DNA of 64,000 nt from the human T2T-CHM13v2.0 reference genome, Homo sapiens, in assembly GCF_009914755.1 (NCBI RefSeq), contig NC_060926.1. The stretch is one strand, 5' to 3'. Shown here piece after piece: positions 45,660 to 61,189 of this stretch; position 1 is the first letter of the stretch, and every line of letters starts with the position of its first letter. Position numbers and translations under genes: made by a program. A model generated the notes under the pieces. That model made no database searches, was not told the DNA's origin, and saw only the letters and a list, made by a program, of their open reading frames with translations.

Positions 45660-47478
45660 TCATAATGAAAGTAATTCATTTCACTAAATTATCAAGCAAA
45701 GTACTATTTGCCAAACCCTGTATCAGGCAGTAGGAACACACTATTATTAAGACAGTTAAGGTCACTGTCTCATAGTGGAATAGAGATATTAATTTTTAAG
45801 TTAAAATATCCCATTCAGTGGTAAGTTGAGACTAACAGTGATTAAATGCTAAGTATCAAGGGTGCACCAAGGTAGAAGCAACTGCACAATAGGGGTAAGA
45901 TCAGGGCAGGCTGCAAGAAGGAAACGGCACTTGCTTTGAAAAGTGAATAGAGGTGAGGAATATGCAGAACTTGAAAACTGATGTGAACACAGGGTCAAGG
46001 TCTCAAAGTTTACTCTGAGGTTTGAAGTCTAGATGATGGGGAAGTTAGAAATGCTGTTTTGTATCACACCATAAAGCCTGTTAAACACTATGTATAAAAT
46101 GAACGCTTCAATTCAAAACAGTATCCAGGTCCTGTATAGATTACAGTGCAATATATACATGCCCTAAAAGGGCTTAAAAACACTTAATAGATGACTAGCT
46201 GTTTACGTGTGTGTGATAGGTCATCCCTTCAGAACACTGGAAAACTAAGTTTCTAAATTTTCAGGGAAAATTATGAAGAGCAAAATTTGGCATTTTGTGA
46301 CTATGTTATCAAAAAGGCAAATGTCTTTGAAAAATGAAGCTTACCGATACTTTTCATAGTCAGCAGACTGAACAAGATAGCACCCTGCATACTTAAGACA
46401 GGTGGAATCTCATTTTTCTGTAATCCTTTGCAGGTGCTCATATTGACTGTGCTTTATCTTACTTCCTAGTTATTTTAGACACTGATTCCAAATTTAACTT
46501 CAGCCTATTCTTTTTTCTCATTAATTATTATAAATGACTTTGCCACTCACTAACCTTGTCACTTGACCCTTAATTTTCTTCAGTTGCAAAAATGAGGATA
46601 AAAAACTATGACCAAAACTTTCAGAACTGCTGTGAGGATCAAAGGAAATCAAGTTTGCAGAAGGCCTGGAAGAGCCCAAGGCAGACACTAACAAAACACT
46701 CCTTAAACTCCCGCTGCAGAGAATTGGTCTTTTATCTCCAAAAACGAAACTAACATTATAAGATGTTTTTAACACAACAGAGTCAACAATAAAATATTAC
46801 AGAATAGCAGTGTACATTATTTAGAATTTTATTTGATAATTGGATAGAACAAGAGTAAATGTGTCACTTAAAATATTTTCATATCAATATTTCAATTAGG
46901 AAAAATAAAAATAACTATTATTGTGATTATCAATAATATTTATGTGAGCACCCATTATGTGCCAGGCACTGAGCTAGTTTTCACTTAATGCTCACAACTC
47001 TATAAGGTACTAGCTATTGAATAGATGAGGAAATTAAGGCCAGAAGAGCAGGCAGCTAAGAAATGGTCTTGGGTTTAAGCACATACTGCAAAAGAACTTG
47101 ACCAAGTTCACAAAGTCCATAGCCACTAAGCCAGGGAGAAAACTGTAATCTGGCTCTCTCCAAGGCACCCCACTATTCCACTCTACAACATGTGTTTCCA
47201 CATTTTATTATTAAATACATAGCTTGATACATTAGCATAAAATGTCACATTCATACAGCCCTTGTTCCTGACGTACCCAAGCATTTGTTTGATTAACCTG
47301 CTTTATAAATATGTATTGAAGACCTTACTATGTGTAAAGTGCTGTGCTGTTTATTATGGAGAATTCAAAGTTAATCAACTCATGACTCCTCTTTACCAAA
47401 ACAGCTGATGCAGGGTGACACATAAACCATCAGTTATTATAGTATACAAAGTGGAATCTGGGCAGAAGAAAAATGCTA

Positions 47479-47558
47479 TTAGGTTGGTGCAAAAGTAATT
47501 GGGGTTTTTATTATTGAAAGTAATGACAACAACCGCAATTACATTTGCACCAGTCTAA
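47479..47558. mobile_element. MADE1 (Hsmar1-derived MITE)
   Basis: TA|ttaggttggtgcaaaagtaatt...aattacatttgcaccagtctaa|TA; 80-bp palindromic element with TA target duplication. Confidence 0.9.
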
Positions 47559-48837
47559 TACAAAAGTACCATCCAACCTCTAGGTTTCAAGTCCCCCTTT
47601 CAAATCTCTTCTCCCACTCAACTTCAACGAAGCTCCCAAAAGCATGTTCTGTATTCCCACCTCTTTGTTCATAATGTTCCTCAGTTCATTAAGCCCCACA
47701 ATGAAGGCCCAAGGCCAGTCACACCTCTTCTGAAAATTTCACTTCTGTGCATCTTTCAAGGATCTCTCCTTTTTATATACAAGTTATGTCAGAATTGAGA
47801 GGTGGGGAAGGAAGGAAAGATGACAAACACATATCAATTGCCCATTAAGTGTTAAGCACTTTGCATATGTTATTTCATTTTATTCTAACAGCCCTGCAAA
47901 GTAAGTATTATTTCATCTCATTTTACAGATTCAAACCCTACCTGTCCTTGCAATACTACCACTTTATTCTTTCTCATACACCAGTTTATTCAAACTTCAG
48001 CTACTGTCTCCTATGTGGATGCATTCTATATTATTTAGAATGGAGGTTCCTTGAGGGCAGTGGCATGTCTAACTTCTCTCTGACCATCTCAGTGTCTATC
48101 TGACTGTATAAAGCCCCCAGTGGCTTTATACAGAGAAAAAAAAGCAATAAGGAGATGTTTCTTGAATATCAAGTCCTACAAATACTTTTTTAATCCAGCC
48201 AATCTCCTGCCTCACACAAAATACAACTTGCACTGTCCTTTCATCTTTCCCTGTATCTCACACTATTGTGCTGTGCCCCCTTGGGATAACTCATTGCCTA
48301 GCTAGGTTCATCATCTCTCTCAAAGACATAGATCAAAATTTATTCCATCAAGCAGCCATCCCTCCATATAAATCATATCACTCCCTGTTTTGTAATTTTT
48401 TTTAGGACTTAAACTTTTCCATTTCTCCTTTCTTGCCTGAGACTTACTAATGCATTGTTTTGATAACTTATAAATCCTTCAACAGGCTCTACTTTTTCCA
48501 CTCAACACAAATATAATCCTTAAGGTTAGGACTGAGTCTCTTAGTTTCTCTGCTTCTCCCAGAATACCTAGCAGAGTGTTCTTTGTACACAGTAGGCCTT
48601 ATGTTCACATACAATCAATGTGGAAAGACTAGTCACTCCGGTTACATAGTGGACAAGCCTCCTTTCTCATCTTAACAATTGTTAGCCTTATGATTTTTTT
48701 CTGAACAAAAGCACAAAGTCTTCTTTACAGGAAAATGTAGATATTCTTTCACTATCTGACACAGCTCTATTAGTGACCACTAGTGTGAACACTAAATCTA
48801 AATGTTGTCTTGAGAACACCAGTCTCAGAAAATTCTT

Positions 48838-49333
48838 TTTTTTAAATGAATCAATTTTATTCCAATTCTTCAAAATTTATACGTAATATGTTGTTTCCAA
48901 AATGTAAGTCACCCTTTATATAATAGTTTTATTATTTCATCTTTCTTTAATAGTTTTTTTTTCATCTTTTCTTTATGGTTCTTCAGTAGAAGCCAGAATC
49001 TTGAGTTGCCCAGTTAGGAGCCTCTGACCTGCTATTCTAATTAAGTTTCTTCTCAATATTCATGCCCGTCTCTTCATATTTGAGACTTTCTGTCGCATCC
49101 ACCAGTGTATCAGCATTAACATGTTGGCAGATAAATTGAACATGACTCCAGAAGAAGCTGAAAGGTGGATTGTAAATTTGATTAGAAATGCAAGACTGGA
49201 TGCCAAGATTGATTCTAAATTAGGTCATGTGGTTATGGGTAACAATGCAGTCTCACCCTATCAGCAAGTGATTGAAAAGACCAAAAGCCTTTCCTTTAGA
49301 AGCCAGATGTTGGCCATGAATATTGAGAAGAAA
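48838..49333 (-). pseudogene. 5'-truncated, 5'-inverted processed pseudogene of EIF3E (eIF3e/INT6)
   Basis: Minus strand 48838-49064 reads [25 protein letters not shown] plus 3'UTR and poly(A). Plus strand 49062-49333 reads [59 protein letters not shown]...MNIEKK. No introns. TSD agaaaattctt at 48827-48837 and 49329-49339. Confidence 0.95.
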
Positions 49334-49548
49334 ATTCTTAACATAGATTGTTGCAGCAATAAATATGTAGCCTAGATCTTCAGAGGTAAATTCAGAAACT
49401 CTGGTTTTACCAGCTCATCATACTCTACTATGAATTTTCACTTCCTTAAGTAAATGACATAGAGTCAGTCTTTACAGTTGATGAGCTGATCTGATCCACC
49501 ACTAGCCATTTTTTCCCCTCCACTCTAACAGTGAAGTAACCAAATTGA

Positions 49549-49869
<321 letters not shown>

Positions 49870-49980
49870 TAAATTTAAGAAACATTAGACAGAAAATGAA
49901 ATCCGCACAGAAGAAAACCAAAACAGCAGAAAAGAATAAATAAAATATAAGACTTTTTTGTAGTCAAAACTTATTGATCG

Positions 49981-50273
49981 TTAGGCATGGTGGCTTATGC
50001 CTGTAATCCCAGCCATTTGGGAGGCTGAGACAGGAGGATGGCTTGAGGTCAAGGAATTTGAGATCAGCCTGGACAACAGAGCAAGACCCTGTCTCTCTAC
50101 AAAAAATAAAAAAATACGGCCAGGTGTGGTGGTGAGCACCTGTAGTTCCATCTATTCAAGAGGCTAAGCCAGGAGGATTGCTTGAGCCCAGGAGTTTGAG
50201 GCTGCACTCCACTGAACTCCAGCCTGGGGAACAGAGGGAGACCCTATCTCAAAATGAAGAAAAAAAAAAAAAA
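49981..50273 (+). mobile_element. AluJ
   Basis: ggaggattgcttgagcccaggagtttgaggctgc (J diagnostics). Confidence 0.9.
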
Positions 50274-52631
50274 CTCAGTGAAAGTCACATAGTTCCCCAG
50301 AGAAACAGTCAACACTAAGACACTTCCTAGTAAAATTACTGAAACATTTTGAACAGCAAGGCAAAAGTTTTCTAGTAGCTTGTTTTAAGGCAGGAATCAG
50401 TCTGTTGTCAAATCTCTCCACAGCAACATTCAACAGTCAGATTCAGTGGACACCACTGCCCTCTAGATACACCACTGGATGCAGTAATGTGCATGAAATC
50501 CTTGAAAAAAGAAAATACAAATGAGATTTTTAAATTCAATCAAACTCATTAATTATAAAGGCAACGGACAATGTTCAAAATTTTGAACATATTACAAATA
50601 TATAAAATCTTGTTTTCATAGGATCTTCTTGAGGAATTTACTAGAAGATAAATTTTAGTCATCCAAGTGATTGTAAAAACCTGAGTGAAATAACTGAAAT
50701 AAACACTGAAATCAATCATGGTACTAAATTCCAATCATGTATGTGATTATGTTGCTATAATAAAACGTAAGTAATATGAGCCATAACAATTTAAGAATCG
50801 TTATGAAATTTCAATATGAAAATATGAATGATAAAATTTTTCAAAAAGATGAAAGCTGAGGGAGCAAGGACATGGTATGCAGTATATACTATATAAACTG
50901 ACTGCTTTGCTAACTAAGATCAAAAAGATATTTTAAACTGATAAATCATAGGAGAATTCTAAGTAATTTATTTTATAATGCTAAGGTCAGCTGGTAGAAA
51001 AGGGAGGATGAAGAGGAAACATCTGCAGAAAGGAATAATAGATCATTTTTAAGGAAATAAGAGGATTAAGAACTTTCCTACAGTTACATTTATAATCATA
51101 ACAGAAATATAAACTTTTCTAATAAAAAGAGCAAACACAAAGCTAAGAAAGCAGAACATCTTGTGAATTTTTTTCAAAAATCTATAAATTGGAAAACATA
51201 AAATAACAGTACTAATGCTAAACTTTTATGTTATCTCAGAGATGTTGCAGAGCTAAACTCACCTATTGAAAGAAAAACATTCAGTTGAATCATAAGACAG
51301 ATTCTGCTCTATTCTATGGGAAAGAGAACCCTCTATAACCAAGTGTTTCATCAAGTTGCCTGTTCATAAGAATAGGCAAAAGCAAATAGGACAAATAAAA
51401 ATAAAAAGGAAGAAAGGAGCAAGGAAGAAAACACTATAATGCTAAATGGTGTAATTCACAGTAAAAATAAAATGATTATAAACGTCTCGGTGTCATATAG
51501 TACACATTTGTAAAGCAAACTCTAAAATAGGTATAAAGATAATCAGATGGAAACATACTATTAATTGACTGTTATCCAACCTTCTCAAAGCCTGAATAAC
51601 AAGAGAATTAAAAAGTAGGTATAAATATAAAATATATAAATAGGGTAACATAATAAAATAGATTTAATTGCCATATATTTAACTTTAAGGTGAAATCAGA
51701 GAATATCCCTTCTGTTTAAGAAATTGGTTTAAAAAAAAACTTGATCACATTGGACATCAAAGATAAAACCCCAGTAAATTCCAGAATACAGATAATAGTT
51801 ACTAATCACAATACAGTAAAAGGAAAAATCACTAATCAATCTGGGGTTAAGAAGCTCCTAGCATCTGAAAATTTTAAGACTCTTCAAATAACTCTTCTGG
51901 CAAAGAAAACAATGAAAATTGAAAGTGTAAAATGTCTATGTAATAATAATAAATATAATAAACACTATATATCATATCTCATACTGCTAAAACAATTCTC
52001 AGACTCTAATTCATAAGCTTAAATACAGGTATATTAAACAAAAATAAATTTACTAACATCCCAAAATTTTAAAAAAATTATTAAATTAAACCTAAGGAAA
52101 TCAGAAAGAATAAACTAATAAATATAAAAGTAGAAATTAAAACTTGAAAAAAAAGGTAAAATGATAAAACTAATAAGTTCTGAATCTGGTCTTTGGGGAA
52201 AACAATAAAACAGATAAATACTGAAACAAATCTAGGGGGAAAAAGGGAGAAGGTACCAAAATATACAAAATAAGAAATAATACCAGAGAAATGATAAGAA
52301 TCATAAGAGACTACTTCCCCCAATTTTATGCAAAAAAACATAATGAAATAGATTATTCTCTGGACAATATAATTTATACAAATTGACTCCATAAAATTCA
52401 AAGAAATTAATTGCTATAGAAGAAAGACAGTTGTCAAAGAGATACTGCTAAAAATTGTGGCCAAATCCTAGACGGTTTGATTTACAAAAAAATTCTATAT
52501 AACCTTTAAGGAACAGATCATTTCAGTGCTAGCCAAACTATTTCAAAGTTAAGAAAATGTACAATTGTAGCCAAGAAAGGCAGACAAACAAGATCAATGA
52601 GGGGGATCTTCACATACCTGGTGTACCTAAT

Positions 52632-52997
52632 TGATACGGTTTGGCTCTATGTCCCCACCCAATTCTCATGTTGAATTGTAATACCCAATGGTTGGGGAGG
52701 GATCTGGTATGAACAGGGCGAATTTCCCCCTTGCTGTTCTTGTGATAGTGAGTTCTCATGAGATCTGGTTGTTTGAAAGTGTGTAGCACTTCCCCTTCAA
52801 CTCTCTCTCTCCTGCCATCATGTGAAGACATGCTTGCTTCCCCTTCACCCTTCTGCCGTGATTTTAAGTTTCCTGAAGCCTCCTCAGCCATGCCTCCTGT
52901 ACAGCCAGTTGAACTGTGAGTCAATCAAACCTCTTTTCTTTATAAATTACACAGTCTTTGGTAGTTCTTTATAGCAGTGTGAGAATGGACTAATACA
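52632..52997 (+). mobile_element. THE1/MSTA-type solo LTR
   Basis: TG...CA termini (tgatacggtttggctc...ggactaataca) with 5-bp TSD ctaat. Confidence 0.92.
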
Positions 52998-53272
52998 CTA
53001 ATATATAATAAAACTGTAGTTAGCCAATTTTTAAAAAGGTGCTGACAGACTCGTGTGTTCGTGTGTGCATGCATGCAACAGATGCCACTGAAAATCAATA
53101 AAGAATAAGACTTTCTAAAAAGACTAACTATACCCGAGTAAACAAAATATAGATTTTTTTACCTAACACCATACTCTAAAATAGACTGTAACATTAGACA
53201 ACTAAAAAGAAATTCTAAAAAATTAATTAGTTTATAAATATGTTAGAAGAAATAACTCAAGAATGCTTTAAT

Positions 53273-53626
<354 letters not shown>

Positions 53627-53836
53627 TTACAAAAACAATTTTGACTCATAAATATTTTAATGCTATAGAAGACTCCACAAATAAAATTCAAATACAAAAC
53701 ACATATTGAGTAAGTATATATGCAATATATTTAAGAATAAACTAATAATCCAAATACAGAAAGCATTCTTTAAAAATGAAAAGTTTAAAAAAACCCAAAA
53801 GAAAAATGAACAAAAAAAAGGAACGAAAAGACAATT

Positions 53837-53878
<42 letters not shown>
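53837..53878. repeat. (CG)3-(CA)n alternating purine-pyrimidine tract
   Basis: cgcgcgcacacacaca... Confidence 0.9.
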
Positions 53879-53880
<2 letters not shown>

Positions 53881-54441
53881 ATACCACTGGACATAAACAC
53901 TTAAAAAGATAATCTCATCAGTGATACGAGAAACATACATTAACATAAGGCATCTTCATGAGTTGGACAAAAATGTAAATGACTGATAAAGCCAAAGGCT
54001 GGTACAAGTGTCAAGTGAGAGAGTGGTATTCTCTAATACTGATAAAAAGCATATAGATGGGAACAGATGTTACGGAAGGAAATTTGGCAGCACCTGTAAA
54101 AATCTTGAGAAGCCATGCCCTTGACATAGGCACTCCTTTTCTGGTTCTCTATAGACTAAGGAGCATAAATGATTAGAAAAGTATCTGGAAGAGTTCACTG
54201 CATCGCTGTTTACAAGAGAAAATGTGGAAACACCATATATACTGGAAATGGTCACATATGAATAAAATGTAATATATTCAGACTGTGGAATACTGGGTAG
54301 GAATTAAGAGAACTAAAGTATGGACTAACGAAGAACTGTTAAAACACAGTGTCCAATTTAAAAAAAAACAAATTATACAATATTACTTAGTATGACCCCA
54401 TTTGTGTAAAAACAATAAAATATCCTATACTTCTATATAAA

Positions 54442-55070
54442 TAGTAAATCCTTACTTAACATTGTCAATCATTTCTTAGAAACCGTGACTTTAAGCCAAA
54501 AGACATAATAAAGATTTAAACCAGTTTCACCATGGGCTAAATGATAAAATACATAAGTTAAGGTCCTATGGCACATTTCTGGTCATAAAAACATCACCAA
54601 ACTTCTAAATAAAGACCCAAAACACTTCTGATATTAAACACTGAAATAAATTTGAGCTATATATACATTTAAGAAAGATGAGTAAAAACAAGTGAGATAA
54701 TGATTTAATGATTTATCTGCTTATTCCAGTTCAGGGTCACAGGTGGCCAGAGCCTATCCTGGCAGCTCAGGGCTCAAGGTGGGAACCTACCCTGGCCAGG
54801 ACCTCATTTTATTACAGGGCACACTTGCACACACACACACACACACACACTTACTCGCACTGGGACCATTTAGACATCAAAATTAACCTGACCTGCACAT
54901 CTTTGGGAAGTGGGGGGAAATGAGTCTCTGGAGAGAACCCACATAGACATACAGAGAAAGTGCACACTTCACACAGACAGTGGCCTAATCCCGGAATAGA
55001 TTTTTTTTTTCCTCAACCATGTTAGATAAAAATGATGTTGAAGAAAATGACCTTATTGGAGGACCAGCTA
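54442..55070 (+). mobile_element. MER6A (TcMar-Tigger) non-autonomous DNA transposon, near full length
   Basis: agtaaatccttacttaacattgtc start and ttattggaggaccagct end; internal ccagttcagggtcacaggtggccagagcctatcctggcagctcaggg. Confidence 0.85.
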
Positions 55071-55321
55071 TACACATGAGCATAGGTAAGCCCATAGAAA
55101 AGGACCTCCACGAATCTATGCCAAATTTTTAACAATCTTGATCTCTAGGAAGGAAAACAAGAGAACAGAGGAGATCATAAAGTGGTTATTTTTAATGTAT
55201 CTATTTTCATTCTTATAATTTTTATAATTCCTTTACTATCAGTGGAAAAATTAAATTTTAAAAAGCTATCAGATTACTCAAGTTAAAGGGCAAGTACTTA
55301 ATAGAGTGCCATGAGCTCTGA

Positions 55322-56043
<722 letters not shown>

Positions 56044-56513
56044 TTAGAAAGTATGCATTACTTACACAATTAGCAAATATTAGAACTGTCAATGAAGTCA
56101 TCTTTTGTAACTCAGCACCCAGGAATACTTACTAAACTTTTCCAGTGAAATGTATATTTAACATGCTTTGAAAACTCCCAGTGACAGAAAGGTAATAATC
56201 ACCCTGTGCTGGATATCTTTATATCCCTCTACCCATTGGGCTCCTGGCACACAGCAGGCTGTTCTATTAGCGAAGTGAAAACATGCTCTAGTTGTTAGGA
56301 TGACACTTTCTTCTACGGATCTACTACCAGTGCCTCTTCCCTGAAACAAGTGAAACAACCTCTACTTTAGTGAAATAGGAAATACATTGTGTTTCCACTA
56401 TGACATATACAAACCACCCATATTTCTATTTTCTACCTTCTTTCTCTTCAATTAAATTAGGAAATTTTCCCTTCTTTCCTTTAGGGCCTGCCCTTCTAAC
56501 TGTGCTTGGTCTT

Positions 56514-57038
56514 TGTAGGAGGCTGAATAATTCCCCCGCCTTCACCCCATGTCAGTGTCCTAATTCCTGGAAGCTGTGAATATGTAATCTTACATTGTAA
56601 AAGGGATTTTGCACATGTGATTATGTTAATGGTCCTGATCAGGGAAGATTACCCTGAATTATACAGGGGGTTCCAACGTAGTCACAAGGGTCCTTAAAAG
56701 AGAGAGAAAGAGGAGGATCAGAGTGAGAGAAGCTAATGTTTCCGTGAAAACAGAGAGAGAAAAAGAAAGGCAAAAACCAAACCAGGAGTCAAAGCGATTC
56801 AGGACCAACAGCCAACAAATGCAGGCAGCTTCTAGATGCTGGACAAGAAAAGGAAACGGATCTCCACACCTGCCCTGCCACCCAAACCCACCAGAACAAA
56901 TGAAGCCCCGCTGAGATCTGGATTTCAGCCCAGTGAACTGACTTCAAATTTCTGTCCTCCAAAACTCTGAGATAAATATGTGTTGTTTTAAGTCACCAAA
57001 TTTGTTGTAATTTGTTACAGCAGCAAGGAGAAATAATA
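56514..57038 (+). mobile_element. MLT1D/E-like MaLR LTR
   Basis: tgtaggaggctgaataattcccc...taatttgttacagcagcaa. Confidence 0.82.
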
Positions 57039-57712
57039 TATGCCTATTTCCTTCCCAGCTTCTTAGAAGTTCTATATTATGATCTCTTCTCTTTCCTGGA
57101 TAGTTAACTTTTCTCAACCAGATTCCTCTCACTGGCTTTTATACATATTCAAGCCCCTTGATTTAAAGAAAAAAGACACTAAACTTTCCCTCCAGCTAAA
57201 TTATCTTTTACCAATAAACTCCTCAATTTTAAGGACCCTTGTCTTCATTCTACTTGTCCTTCAGCATCATATTGGCATTCTTGACTGGCCTCTCTCTGTT
57301 GACTCTCTTTTGTCCAGCTTATTCAGACCCAAGACTTCAATTAACAATTTATAGAAAGATGTTCCCAAATTTTTATCTTCTGCCCAGATATCTCTGCACA
57401 GCAATAGACTCATATATTTAATTGGCTATTTGATATCCCCATTTGGATGACTCACATGAAATTCAAACTCAAAAAGTCTAAGCCAAACTGATGGTGTCAC
57501 CATTTGCCACCCAAACCTAGTCTTCCTCCATCCAGCATTTCTAGTTCAGTGAATGGCCACCATATACATCAAGTTGCATAAACCAGAAATCTGGGAGTCA
57601 TTTTTGACATTTCCCTCTATTCACATCCCATATCCATATCCACTCTGTCACCAAGTTCTGCTAATTTTACTTCCTAAGCATCTCCCAAATCAATCCATTT
57701 ATTTTCAGCTCT

Positions 57713-58027
57713 TATTTATTTATTTATTTATTATTTTTTTTTTTTTTTGAGAAGGAGTCTCGCTCTGTTGCCCAGGCTGGAGTGCAGTAGTGCAATCTCG
57801 GCTCACTGCAGCCTCTGCCTCCCAGGTTCAGGCAATTCTCTGCCTCAGCCTCCCGAGTAGCTGGGATTACAGTCACCCGCCACCATGCCTGGCTAATTTT
57901 CGTATTTTTAGTAGAGACGGGGTTTCGCCATCTTGGCCAGGCTGGTCCTGAACTCCTGACTGCGTGATCCACTCGCCTCGGCCTCCCAAAGTGCTGGGAT
58001 TACAGGCGTGAGCCACCGCACCCGGCC
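57713..58027 (-). mobile_element. AluS inserted next to an L2 fragment (about 57060-57700)
   Basis: Reverse dimer, TSD tattttcagctctta. Confidence 0.94.
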
Positions 58028-59231
58028 TATTTTCAGCTCTTACAGTTCACTCCCTAAGAATGAAGTGGAACCTTCAGGTCTCCATAACCTAATATCTTCC
58101 CTGGTCTCCACACCGTCATGGAAATAGCTAAGAGGAGAACACAGAAGTTAGTATGGTGGTAGAAACAGTTTCCTCTTTACAGTTTCCCTGTGATTGCTTG
58201 TCTTGAGTCCTTGAACACAAATGTCTTTATGCCCTCTCCCTTCCCCATTTATGTCAGTCACCACAGGTCCAGAACTCCCAGGTCATCCATTCTCAGGCCC
58301 CAGACTCTCTACTGAAGAGCAGTCCATTGGCTTATTTTACTTCACCATCCACACTTCCCCAGCTACTAAAATTCTTTTACTATGCTTCTGAATCTCACAG
58401 TTAATCAGGAACAAAATCCCACAAAATTCAACCTCTTCTCTCAACTTTCCCTTCATTCTAACTTAACCCTGTTTATCACTAAATATCACTGTTCTCCCTA
58501 TGGCCCTCTTACATTAAAACCATTTCCATACAAAGAAAACTGGAGATAATTTGTCACTAGCAGAATAGCACTAAAATAAACATTAAAGAGAAATATTCAG
58601 GTAGAAGAAAATTAACCTCAAAGAAAGAAAAAAAAAGGAGAGTAAAAGGTAGAGAGAATCAACAGTTGTAAAAAGAAGTTAGGGGGGAGGTAGAACAGTG
58701 AAAAAAGTAAATATACTGCTAATTCAAAGTGAATATTGAGTGGACATATTAATGTCCTGTGACGTAGAAGATCTATGTAGAATTAAAAAACATGACAATA
58801 TTAACATTAAGGGTAGAAAGTGAATGAACAGATTTAAGTAGTGTTAACAATATCATTTCAATGAATCAAGGATGCACATTACAATATCTGGAGTAACTAC
58901 CAAAAAAAATCCAGTAAAATAGTGTATAACTACAAGGTAATAGAGTAAAATAATAAAATAGTTTTAAAATACTTGATTAGTCAAAAAAAGGCAAGAAAGC
59001 AAAAATAAGAAACATAAAACTGGTGGGACAAATAGTAAAAGAATATAAGATAAAACATCTGAAATTGTAAAATATCATACTCATTCTTACATTAAAATAG
59101 AAATCATTTCTTCATAGATTTTCTGACTGTAAACATTGCGGAAAAGTTCGATGAAATTGGACTTTTCTTACTCGAGGGAGTCTCCTTTCCTGGTGCTGAA
59201 AATACTTATTTTGTCTTCTTGACACAATTAG

Positions 59232-59613
<382 letters not shown>

Positions 59614-60245
59614 GCATTGCAATTAATTCAATTTATTGGCTATAGTTTAACCCAATTTCAATTTCTATCCTATATTTATTTTAAATGAAAATCTGTATTC
59701 AGCCCAATAAAATTCAGTTTTATCTTCCTATCTGCAAAATGAGGTTTTTAAACAAAATTATCTTTAAGTACTTTTCCATTTATAAGAAGAAAAAACCATT
59801 AATATACACTTGAAAACAGTTTCATTTCCTGAACAAAACTAAAATATTTAAATATTTAGGAGATGTGTGGCTAAGAATAAGTCCCTACGATGTAAAAAAA
59901 AAAAAATACTTTTCAGGAGACTTAAGTACTGTTCTCCTAAATATCACCATTGCAAAAATACAAAGGAATATGTTGACTTGCCACAAATCAATGTCATTCT
60001 ACTGACTAAAGACACAAAATTATGGCTGGTCTTCCCCAAATATTATAAATCACACATAACAAACCACCATACAATGTCTTGTTCTACTCTTTCTTATATT
60101 TATCAAGAAACTGCTAGTACCTTTATAAAAGTTACACATTTCCTTACAAGGAATTCTCCAATTTAAAGATTGGATTGTTCAGTATCTTTGATTTCATCAG
60201 TGGAAAAGAACTAGAAGAGAGAATGCATTTGGGGTTGTTTTATAT

Positions 60246-60385
60246 GTTTTTGTTTTTGTGGTTTTTTTGAGATGGAGTCTCACTCTGTTACCTAGGCAGT
60301 GGTGTGGTCTTGGCTCAACTGCAACTTCCTCCTTTTGGGTTCAAGTGATTCTCCTGCCTCAGCCCCTTCATACCACCATGCCTGG

Positions 60386-60424
<39 letters not shown>

Positions 60425-60542
60425 TAGAGATGGGGTTTTGCCATGTCGGCCAGGCTGGTCTCGAACTCCTGACCTCAGGTGATCTGCCCACCTTGGACTC
60501 CCAAAGTGCTGGGATTACAGGTGTGAACCATTGCACCTGGCC
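60246..60542 (-). mobile_element. AluS with internal deletions and a ~35-T central linker
   Basis: Reverse dimer, flanked by atgcattt. Confidence 0.9.
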
Positions 60543-60819
60543 ATGCATTTTGAAATAAATCTCAACACTCAGCACACTTACTACCATCAATCCCAAGTAA
60601 TAAGTTGGTTTATTTTCAAATAATGTTCAAGAGCAAAACAAGCTAAATGGTACAAAAAATTTCATTTAAATGCACAATGTTTTCAGTTACAAGCAGCATT
60701 ATATTTGATTTTCATTTTTCTTTATATAAACTTCTGACAGGAAATAGACTGAAAGCTGAATAACTATTTCCCAAATATCTGACAATACTCCTGTGTCATT
60801 AGCAAGTGTTTATCACTAT

Positions 60820-61032
60820 TTGTGGAAACCCATACTTGAAATTTGCTAAGAAAGTAGATTTTAAGGATATTTACCATACCAAAAAAATGATAACTATATG
60901 ATGGGATTAGCTTAGTCATGTTAATCATGTCACAATATATACATATATCAAAACATCACATTGTATGCCTTAAATATATGCAATTTCTACTTGTCATTTA
61001 TACCTCAATAAAGCTGAAAAAATAAATAAATA
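60820..61032 (+). mobile_element. L1MA-like extreme 3' end
   Basis: tacttgaaatttgctaagaaagtagatttt...atcaaaacatcacattgta...acctcaataaagctg. Confidence 0.8.
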
Positions 61033-61189
61033 TTAAGAAGTGATCATATAGATAATATAAAAACCTGTAAAGTCAATGTAGTCAACAAAGCACAGTTTTG
61101 GTCACCAGTCAGCTCTTTTTAAAAACAAAAACAAAACAACCTCCAAATTTATTTTCTCAATATAAAACATTATAATGCAGCATGACTAC

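Noticed and set aside
49121-49375. 84-aa plus-strand ORF identical-looking to eIF3e C-terminal region as a functional gene
   Set aside because: It is the inverted arm of a truncated retrocopy. It starts at an internal Met, has no evident promoter and runs into unrelated flank after MNIEKK.
50452-50470. CTCF-like ctgccctctagat
   Set aside because: It lacks the conserved CC(A) end of the core motif and is too weak to call.
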